Assembly (NCBI RefSeq): GCF_004102945.1
Contig: NZ_CP019384.1
Span: forward strand, 1,380,001-1,412,000
Length of the DNA: 32,000 bases
DNA from: Candidatus Velamenicoccus archaeovorus
GTDB lineage: Bacteria; Omnitrophota; Gorgyraeia; Velamenicoccales; Velamenicoccaceae
Direction of reading: 5' to 3'
Positions 15,648 through 21,641 of this stretch are shown here, piece by piece. Under the pieces are notes generated by a model, which saw only the letters and a program-made list of their open reading frames with translations, did not search any database and was not told the DNA's origin. Position 1 is the first letter of the stretch; every line of letters starts with the position of its first letter. The position numbers and the translations under genes are program-made.

Positions 15648-16442
15648 ATGAAAAAGAATATGAGAACCAGAAGGGTCGCTATTGTGACCGGCGCCGACCG
15701 GGGGATCGGGTTCCAGATATGCCGGCAGCTGGGCGAGCTTGGATTTCAGGTCGTGCTCACCTCGCCCGACCCCGGACAAGGCAAAGCCGCGGCTGAAAAA
15801 CTCAAAAACATGGGCCTCGCCGTCGTCTATCGCGTCCTCGACCTTCTGAACGACAGACAGACAGTCGCCCTTCGCTCCTTCGTGATGAAAAAATTCGGCC
15901 GCGTGGACGTCCTCGTCAACAATGCCGGCATTTCTTTGGACGCAGGAATGAGCAAAGTTGAAGGCCTTCTGCGGCGCAGGATCAAAAAGACGCCCAGAAA
16001 AATGGACTACGGCGAAGGACCGGGCATTCTTGAGGCCGGCATGAACGTCATGCGCGCAACCCTTGAAGTCAATACACTGGGCGCTTTGAAAATGTGCCAG
16101 GCGTTCATCCCCCAGATGATGAAAGCCCGCTATGGACGGGTGATCAACATCTCTTCGACGCTGGGCCAATTGAAGGACATGACAGACGAGGAAAAGGTCC
16201 CGGCCTACCAACTCTCCAAAACCGCTCTGAATGCCGTCACAAAGATGGTTGCCGACGCCTGCCGCGGCACAAACGTCGCCGTCAATTCCGTCTGCCCCGG
16301 CTGGACCCGCACAGACCTCGGCGGCCCCGAAGCCCCTCAATCACCCGAAGAAGCCGCCAAAGACATCGTCTGGCTCGCCACACGGCCCGATAACGGCCCC
16401 ACCGGACAATTCTTCCAGCACAGGCGCCGCATCGCCTGGTAG
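15648..16442 (+). CDS. Short-chain dehydrogenase/reductase (carbonyl-reductase-like)
   Basis: VAIVTGADRGIGFQICRQL is a TGxxxGxG Rossmann motif. NNAG is present, and so is a YxxxK-type YQLSK. Confidence 0.9.
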   Translation: MKKNMRTRRVAIVTGADRGIGFQICRQLGELGFQVVLTSPDPGQGKAAAEKLKNMGLAVVYRVLDLLNDRQTVALRSFVMKKFGRVDVLVNNAGISLDAGMSKVEGLLRRRIKKTPRKMDYGEGPGILEAGMNVMRATLEVNTLGALKMCQAFIPQMMKARYGRVINISSTLGQLKDMTDEEKVPAYQLSKTALNAVTKMVADACRGTNVAVNSVCPGWTRTDLGGPEAPQSPEEAAKDIVWLATRPDNGPTGQFFQHRRRIAW

Positions 16443-16460
16443 CCGGACTTTCCTGCAAAT

Positions 16461-16486
16461 AAAAAACCGCCTCTTGCGGCGGGTTT
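16461..16486. terminator. Bidirectional terminator between convergent genes
   Basis: A6-CCGCC-tcttgc-GGCGGG-TTT. Confidence 0.5.
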
Positions 16487-16521
16487 CATCACGAAACTCC
16501 GGAATCCTCAGGGCCGCGGCG

Positions 16522-16989
16522 TCAGCTGCCTTCCTGCCTGATGACGCCCCGGGGGCTTATCTCGAAACATTCCCCCACCTTGATTTTATACACCAGAAAA
16601 CGCTCGGGAATATCTACTTCAAATTCCTTATGGGGCTTGCCGATATGCACCCCGGCCACAACGCGCTCCACGGAAAGCTCGATTTCCCTTTTGCGCAATT
16701 CTTCGACGCACTCATCGTAAATCCTGCCCTTTTCGATGATCTCCGCCGTTCCATCCAGGATATATCCTGCCAAAGACCTGACATCCATTAACGTCAAGGA
16801 GGCTTCCGGACGGACTTTCAGGTTTTCAAAAGTCCTGCCGATGCTGTAATCGATGAAATAAACCGTCCGGCCGTCTATCTTCAATAATAATTTCGGAGCG
16901 GCGTTAGGTTTGCCCGCCTTATCAGCCGTTGCCACGGCAACAAATTCCCTTGCTTTCAAAAACTCCAAGGCTTTGTCTATGATATTCAT
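16522..16989 (-). CDS. Pyridoxamine 5'-phosphate oxidase-like FMN-binding split-barrel protein
   Basis: Track ORF trimmed to the ATG at 16989, 4 nt after the upstream stop. FVAVATADKAGKPNAAPKLLLKIDGRTVYFIDYSIGRTFENL is a typical Pyridox_ox_2 pattern. Confidence 0.65.
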   Translation of the reverse strand: MNIIDKALEFLKAREFVAVATADKAGKPNAAPKLLLKIDGRTVYFIDYSIGRTFENLKVRPEASLTLMDVRSLAGYILDGTAEIIEKGRIYDECVEELRKREIELSVERVVAGVHIGKPHKEFEVDIPERFLVYKIKVGECFEISPRGVIRQEGS

Positions 16990-16993
16990 CGCG

Positions 16994-17605
16994 TTAACCC
17001 GTTTTTCTGCACGCCTCAAGCCATGCGTTAAAAACAGCCGGGAATTTCTCATAGGCCCGCATTTGAGCTTCTGTCCACGATTTTTTGGCCTCGGCCGTAT
17101 ATTTCACGCGGTCCTCAACCGTCTCGTGGATGATCTCTCGAACCGGCTTGACGGCATTCTTGGTCGGACGCAGACCGTCCCAATCCTCATTGACAGGGAA
17201 ACCCGCTTTTTTAAGACCGCTGTCCCATGTCGCGTCTATCAGGACCCATTGACCTTCGACATGGGCCCGGCAGGCCAGATGTGTCCCCATCGGCAACTCT
17301 TTGACGATGCTGCGCAGGTCCGGCGGGTATTTGATGCGCGGGTCGTCCCAGCTGTAAAGATACGTGCAATACCTGACCGGGATACCGAACTTTTGAAAAA
17401 ACATGCCTAAAAGAAAATGCTTGGGGATGCACGACCCCTTGCCGAGCTCCAGCATCCCTGCCGGGCCCAAAGCCGGGTCTCTCAATTCCGGGACAATGGC
17501 ATAGGGTATGTCGCGGATATGATCATAGACGGATATCCGGGCCTCTTTCGAGTCCAGATGCGCCGTCCATTGTGAGAATTTAGCCGGAATAATGTCGTCA
17601 GGCAT
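16994..17605 (-). CDS. Transglutaminase-like cysteine peptidase superfamily protein
   Basis: GKGSCIPKHFLLGMFF (Cys nucleophile context) ... HLACRAHVEGQWVLIDATWD (His/Asp) give the Cys-His-Asp core arrangement. Confidence 0.8.
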   Translation of the reverse strand: MPDDIIPAKFSQWTAHLDSKEARISVYDHIRDIPYAIVPELRDPALGPAGMLELGKGSCIPKHFLLGMFFQKFGIPVRYCTYLYSWDDPRIKYPPDLRSIVKELPMGTHLACRAHVEGQWVLIDATWDSGLKKAGFPVNEDWDGLRPTKNAVKPVREIIHETVEDRVKYTAEAKKSWTEAQMRAYEKFPAVFNAWLEACRKTG

Positions 17606-17625
17606 GGCGGGATCGAATGCCTTAT

Positions 17626-18783
17626 CTATTTCCTGTTGGGGCGTATCACCCAGTAATCAACGCCCTCTTTGACATTCACCAGATAAAGGCGCCTGTTGCG
17701 GGACACGGAATCCCCAAAGAGGCGCATGTAAAAATCGTCGTAAAATTCCGGGGTCTCGATGTAATAGGTATGGCCGCCTCCGGCCTTATTGACCAGCGTC
17801 ACATCGACGATTGAGATCCTGTCGGGGTCCAAAGACTTGAGATAAAGCAGGTCCTGGGCCTCTTCAAACTGACCGTAAGACTCTGTCTGGACCCTCTGGC
17901 GGCCGAGCTTTTTCTCCCGGTCGATGATCTGCGCCATCAATAAGGCCTTGTCATTGGAAGCCACATAGACCGTCAGCTGCCTGGCGAGAGAGGCGATCTC
18001 TTCCTTGAACTTTTCGTTAAACTCATTTTTGGATACATCCGGCGCTGCCATGACAACGTGGGCCAGCTCCGCCTCGGCATCCGCGAGATCGCCGTATTGG
18101 GTCATTTTCTCAAAAGCCTTGGAGACGACCTGGCAGCCGAGGCTTGAAGATTCAAGCCACAGCCTCTTCGGCTTGACCTCCCGGATGATCCTTGTCAAAA
18201 GTTCCCCCAGATACTGTCCTGAAGCTGTTGCGGATCCCCAGGCCCTCTCATAACCCCTGAAGGCGCCCCGGTAGTCACCGGGCCAATCAAAAAGCAAGAT
18301 CGGCGTATTCACATCGAGAAAATACGCAAAATAAGCGGCCTTGATGGCCGTCAGCTCAAAGCTATCCTGATAGCCGAACACCAGCACAAGCAGCGACTGG
18401 TGGGGAGAATTTTCGACAGCAGAAGCAAGGCGTTTCATAAAATCCTCTTCGCCGAACTTCACGACTTCCTCCACGCCGACGTCGCCGCGTTTTTTGAGCC
18501 TCTTGGGGACGACCCTGCTTATTTCCAATCCGGGCCGGATACTCGCCTTCAGCGTCCCGGTTGTCAGGCGGTCTTCCATCTTTGACGTAAAACGCAGTTC
18601 ATCGCCCTCCTGCACGGCCCGGCGGTCCGTCGCATAAAACAACTCGATGATCCTGTAGTCGCCCTGCATCTCGTATGGAAGCCGGTGATAAAGTTTTTCC
18701 TGCCAATCGGCAGAATCATCCTTGACAGGGACGGTCGAACACCCGGCCAGCAACAAAAAAATTACAGCTGAAATTTTTCGCAT
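17626..18783 (-). CDS. Lipoprotein alpha/beta hydrolase (DUF900-like)
   Basis: Track ORF trimmed to the ATG at 18783: MRKISAVIFLLLAGC carries a lipobox. LVLVFGYQDSF ... WLESSSLGCQV is a nucleophile-elbow-like SxSxG. Confidence 0.7.
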   Translation of the reverse strand: MRKISAVIFLLLAGCSTVPVKDDSADWQEKLYHRLPYEMQGDYRIIELFYATDRRAVQEGDELRFTSKMEDRLTTGTLKASIRPGLEISRVVPKRLKKRGDVGVEEVVKFGEEDFMKRLASAVENSPHQSLLVLVFGYQDSFELTAIKAAYFAYFLDVNTPILLFDWPGDYRGAFRGYERAWGSATASGQYLGELLTRIIREVKPKRLWLESSSLGCQVVSKAFEKMTQYGDLADAEAELAHVVMAAPDVSKNEFNEKFKEEIASLARQLTVYVASNDKALLMAQIIDREKKLGRQRVQTESYGQFEEAQDLLYLKSLDPDRISIVDVTLVNKAGGGHTYYIETPEFYDDFYMRLFGDSVSRNRRLYLVNVKEGVDYWVIRPNRK

Positions 18784-18960
18784 CAGACCTTTCCGGCTTC
18801 TTCGCGGATGGCAGCTACTTATGAATCTCCCCCTGCTCACCCTGCCCAAAGCAGGGCAGGCACGGGGTTTCTTACCTCGATGACCCCGCATCGTAAGATA
18901 TCGTAAAAATTTCTTGCCCAGGGCTGCCGGGCGCCAAATTTTTCCGATACTCGCGGGGTG

Positions 18961-19006
18961 ACCCAGAAAGGGTAGACCTTCCTCATTCCACATAAAGGAA
19001 GGGTCT
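18961..19006 (+). repeat. REP-like unit, opposite absolute orientation to the copies at 5190-5420 and 14986-15259
   Basis: ACCCAGAAAGG-GTAG-ACCTTCC-loop-GGAAGGGTCT. The palindrome arms differ from the other copies but still pair. Confidence 0.75.
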
Positions 19007-19151
19007 GATCTTCGCCGCATTCTGCGGCTTGATTAAAACCTCTGAAATATTGTATCACAAAGATGGGGCCTCGCGGACTAAAGTCCGTTTTTTGCCGGGC
19101 CGCGACAGCCTGTTTTCAATATATCCCTTATCGCCTCTTTATGCTATAGTC

Positions 19152-19255
19152 AACCCATATTCCCCGGGCAGGCCGGGGCTTGTTTCGGGTACCTCTAAGC
19201 GGCCACAACACTCTTGCGCCCTGAAGGGTGGAGCTTTAGGCCGCGCAGAGTCAAA
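19152..19255 (+). repeat. Long copy of the dispersed element seen at 8564-8615
   Basis: Shares aacccatattccccgg and ggagctttaggccgcgcagagtcaaa, with 62 nt between the blocks. Confidence 0.8.
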
Positions 19256-19310
19256 TCCGGACGGAGCGTCCTTGCGGAGAAAACGTTCCCGCAATATCAA
19301 CGAAAGCGCC

Positions 19311-19994
19311 ATGCAAAAAGACCATCTGAAAGGAATAAAGATCGTTTACGAAGACCGCGATATCCTCGTTGTCGATAAGCCGCCCAAACTCCTGACGATG
19401 GCCTCGAACACGGAAAAAGAAAGAACCGCCTACCACATCCTGACCGATTATGTGCGCAAAGGCTGCGCCGCATCGCGCAACCGCATCTTTATCGTCCATC
19501 GCCTGGACCGGGACACGTCGGGAATCGTCATCTTCGCCAAAAACGAAAGAGCGAAAAACTCCCTTCAGCAACAATGGGACCAGACCGAAAAAAAGTATCT
19601 GGCCGTCGTTTACGGCAGCTTCCCGCAAAAATCCGGAGAGATCACGTCCTATCTGGCCGAAAATGCCGCGCACATTGTCTTTTCCACCCGTGACCGGTCT
19701 ATCGGAAAGCTTTCCACGACCATTTATAAAACCCTCAAAGAGACAAAAGGATTCAGCCTTCTGGAGGTCGATCTGGCAACAGGGAGAAAAAACCAGATCC
19801 GCGTCCATTTCGCCGAAAAGGGCCACCCCATCGTGGGTGACCGCAAATATGGTGGAAGAGACGCCATGCACAAGCGCATGGCGCTCCACGCCTATTCGAT
19901 CTCTTTCCTTCATCCCTGGAACGGCAGGAGAATGATATTAAAGACGCCCGTCCCGGCGTATTTCACGGAACTTGTAGGAGATTTCACTCTTTAG
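19311..19994 (+). CDS. RluA-family pseudouridine synthase
   Basis: Track ORF trimmed to the ATG at 19311. ILVVDKPPKLLT ... HRLDRDTSGIVIFAK (catalytic Asp motif) ... GRKNQIRVH. Confidence 0.9.
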   Translation: MQKDHLKGIKIVYEDRDILVVDKPPKLLTMASNTEKERTAYHILTDYVRKGCAASRNRIFIVHRLDRDTSGIVIFAKNERAKNSLQQQWDQTEKKYLAVVYGSFPQKSGEITSYLAENAAHIVFSTRDRSIGKLSTTIYKTLKETKGFSLLEVDLATGRKNQIRVHFAEKGHPIVGDRKYGGRDAMHKRMALHAYSISFLHPWNGRRMILKTPVPAYFTELVGDFTL

Positions 19995-20004
19995 GAACAG
20001 CCTC

Positions 20005-20040
20005 TCGTTAGCTCAACAAAAAGGCCCGCCTATTTTGGCG
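20005..20040. terminator. Bidirectional terminator (rluA-family gene / brnA)
   Basis: A-run, then GGCCCGCC-tatttt-GGCGGGCC, then TTCTC. On the minus strand the stem is followed by TTTTTG. Confidence 0.5.
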
Positions 20041-20116
20041 GGCCTTCTCATAAAAACTCCCCCTGCATGACGATTTCGCAACTGGCTAAAAACAAAGGAA
20101 GCGGAAAAAATATTAA

Positions 20117-20365
20117 CTACTGTGCCTGTGCTATTCTATGAATCAATTCGGATAGAAAAGTCTGATACTTAATACCTAAGCGCTGGGCCTTATGTTTGAT
20201 GTTTGCAAGGTCGTGACTATTCACTCGGATATTTAAAACAGTATCTTTTTTTCTTGCAGCTATAGCTTGAACAATCTGCTCATACTCATTGCGGTCCACA
20301 GGAACGAATTCTTCAAGACTATCTTCAATAGCCTGCTCTTCTCTGGTTAATTTAATCTTTCTCAT
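20117..20365 (-). CDS. brnA: BrnA-type antitoxin
   Basis: 82 aa. NIRVNSHDLANIKHKAQRLGIKYQTFLSELIHR matches the ribbon-helix-helix-like BrnA C-terminus. It overlaps brnT by 14 nt in an AT-rich region. Confidence 0.75.
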   Translation of the reverse strand: MRKIKLTREEQAIEDSLEEFVPVDRNEYEQIVQAIAARKKDTVLNIRVNSHDLANIKHKAQRLGIKYQTFLSELIHRIAQAQ

Positions 20366-20621
20366 GGCGTTTCCCCTTTTTATAAAGTTTCATTAGTTTT
20401 CTGCTTGGATATATCGTTTTTAAAAATATTGCATCTCCCTCTATAATATACGGCACAGCCCATAAATAGCCTTTATGCTCATATACAAAGATTTTCTGAT
20501 CTTGTCTGCGAGGATGCTTAATAATATCAATGAGTTTCGAAGCTACAATTTCTTCAAATGAAATACCTCTCGTCCGTTTCAGTCGTTCACTTTTAAGCGC
20601 ATTCCATTTAAGCTCTTTCAT
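20352..20621 (-). CDS. brnT: BrnT-type (DUF497) toxin
   Basis: The track start is a TTG inside the promoter, so the ORF is trimmed to the ATG at 20621. MKELKWNALKSERLKRTRGISFEE ... IFLKTIYPSRKLMKLY is a typical DUF497 pattern. Confidence 0.8.
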   Translation of the reverse strand: MKELKWNALKSERLKRTRGISFEEIVASKLIDIIKHPRRQDQKIFVYEHKGYLWAVPYIIEGDAIFLKTIYPSRKLMKLYKKGKRHEKD

Positions 20622-20642
20622 AAATACCTTTTGTATATACAA

Positions 20643-20670
20643 ATTGTATTATAAAAAATAAATAAGTCAA
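20643..20670 (-). promoter_or_regulatory. Candidate brnTA promoter
   Basis: Minus strand reads TTGACT (20670-20665), a 16-nt spacer, then TACAAT (20648-20643). Confidence 0.45.
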
Positions 20671-20680
20671 GAAAATTTCT

Positions 20681-20713
20681 AAAAAAATAGCCCTACTCAT
20701 TTGAATAGGGCTA
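20681..20713 (-). terminator. Rho-independent terminator
   Basis: Minus strand reads TAGCCCTA-ttcaaatgag-TAGGGCTA followed by T7. Confidence 0.55.
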
Positions 20714-20722
20714 TGCTAAAGA

Positions 20723-20743
20723 TGGCTCCCCCGCGAGGACTCG
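20723..20743 (-). pseudogene. 21-nt exact copy of the tRNA-Asn 3' end (att-like scar)
   Basis: tggctcccccgcgaggactcg is identical to 21095-21115. Confidence 0.8.
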
Positions 20744-20760
20744 GCTACTGATGTTTTTTT

Positions 20761-20825
20761 TGGCTCCCCCGCTCGGGTCGTCGCTCGGTTGCCTGCCTCG
20801 CTCAAAAACTCGAACCTCGGACCTG
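20761..20825 (-). pseudogene. Interrupted copy of the tRNA-Asn 3' end
   Basis: tggctcccccgc (12 nt) and actcgaacctcggacctg (18 nt) both match the tRNA-Asn 3' region. They are separated by a 35-nt insert where the intact gene has 4 nt (gagg). Confidence 0.7.
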
Positions 20826-21051
20826 TCGCTCCTCGCCTGCCTACTAAATTTATTCATTAAGGATGTCGGCAGCTCGGTCGCTCCCCATAGGGGAACCCAA
20901 TGGTTCCCCCTTTGGCGTCGCCCGCCTCGGCCTTCAGCCAAGGCAGGCTCCTGTCACCCCCTCCCTAGCATCCAAACGATATGCTTAAGGGGAAAACGGT
21001 CTTTTCCCCTTAATAATCCCCTTTTTAGGTCCTCGATTCGTCTCCCAGAAA

Positions 21052-21092
21052 GCCAAATAAAAAGGCCCACTAAACTTCAGTGGGCCTTTTTA
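21052..21092 (-). terminator. Rho-independent terminator after tRNA-Asn
   Basis: Minus strand: CCA, then AATAAAAA-GGCCCACT-gaagttt-AGTGGGCC-TTTTTATTT. Confidence 0.65.
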
Positions 21093-21094
21093 TT

Positions 21095-21446
21095 TGGCTC
21101 CCCCGCGAGGACTCGAACCTCGGACCTGGTGGTTAACAGCCACTCGCTCTTAAGTTTGTTGCTCCCTGCTGTACGCAGGTGGGTTGATATTGGGATCAAC
21201 CTCTCCCGTTTCTTTTCTATCGAGTCATGCCGGGAGTTCGGACTATCGCTTTGCCGTTTAATACGGCATTCCGTCGCTTAGTCTCTCACGCTGTCCTTTT
21301 TTACAGGACTTGCGCCTTGTCACCCACTCCTGGGCCTCCAAGTCAATCAGACGGAATTTAACGTCGGCATTGTTTCCGGAAGTCAGAGAGCCATGCCACT
21401 CGCTCCCTGCCTGCCGGCAGGCAGGTACCGACTGAGCTACGGGGGA
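21095..21446 (-). tRNA. tRNA-Asn(GUU), interrupted by a 276-nt intervening sequence in the D-loop
   Basis: Exon 1 (21446-21427) reads TCCCCCGTAGCTCAGTCGGT. Exon 2 (21150-21095) reads AGAGCGAGTGGCTGTTAACCACCAGGTCCGAGGTTCGAGTCCTCGCGGGGGAGCCA. Joined, they form a canonical 76-nt cloverleaf with anticodon loop CTGTTAA and an encoded CCA. Confidence 0.75.
21151..21426 (-). ncRNA. Group-I-intron-like intervening sequence
   Basis: Pairings occur in canonical order. P1: exon GUCGGU with GCCGAC (21368-21363), giving U-G at the junction. P3: UUCCGUC/GACGGAA. P4: GACUUG/CAAGUC. P7: AGACUA/UAGUC. P8: UGCCGU-AUUAA-ACGGCA. Three 3' hairpins follow. There is no omega-G at the inferred 3' junction. Confidence 0.5.
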
Positions 21447-21491
21447 ATAAAGCTATAAAGAACGGAAAATCCACCCTGAAGGGGTGGAAAG

Positions 21492-21520
21492 ATTATATGC
21501 GAAAAAAAGACGAGCGTCAA
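21492..21520 (-). promoter_or_regulatory. Candidate tRNA-Asn promoter
   Basis: Minus strand reads TTGACG (21520-21515), a 17-nt spacer, then TATAAT (21497-21492), about 45 nt upstream of the tRNA 5' end. Confidence 0.5.
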
Positions 21521-21526
21521 GGAGCG

Positions 21527-21616
21527 CTTTATATCTCCCTGTGCCCCTTCCATGGCCCGCGCCAGGGTCGCGGGGTCTGTGTATTCCAGGTTGAAACCCA
21601 CAGGCGGGCCGAGGCC
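21527..21616 (-). pseudogene. Duplicated, frame-disrupted fragment of the recR 3' end
   Basis: About 85% identical by eye to 24226-24314 (recR stop codon plus the last ~29 codons), with a 1-nt indel. Shared blocks are ctttatatctccc, ttccatggcccgcgccagggtcgcggg and tattccaggttg. Confidence 0.7.
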
Positions 21617-21641
21617 AGGGCCGGGGATTTCTGCGCTCCGA

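Noticed and set aside
15552-16340. 262-aa minus-strand ORF
   Set aside because: It is antisense to the SDR, which has TGxxxGxG, NNAG and YxxxK motifs. It also starts inside the repeat region.
19251-19913. 220-aa minus-strand ORF and the 19450-19935 plus-strand ORF
   Set aside because: They overlap the RluA-family gene (HRLDRDTSG motif) in antisense or in an alternate frame.
20761-21050. Possible tmRNA (ssrA): a structured ~290-nt segment ending in a T-arm-like GGTTCGAGT and ...GGGGGAGCCA
   Set aside because: The 3' end is a copy of tRNA-Asn, not an alanine-type acceptor. No matching 5' acceptor strand (TCCCCCG) or GGGG start is present. The T-stem is broken by a 35-nt insert, and there is no plausible tag ORF ending in ...AA.
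21403-21446. Reading the 5' piece as a tRNA with a 20-nt hairpin tolerated in the D-loop and an anticodon-loop intron after C32
   Set aside because: That model needs a 5' splice site after C and an intron ending in C. It leaves a 20-nt palindrome inside the mature D-loop. The D-loop-junction model instead gives a perfect 76-nt cloverleaf and a U-G P1. The pseudogene alternative is kept open in the finding.
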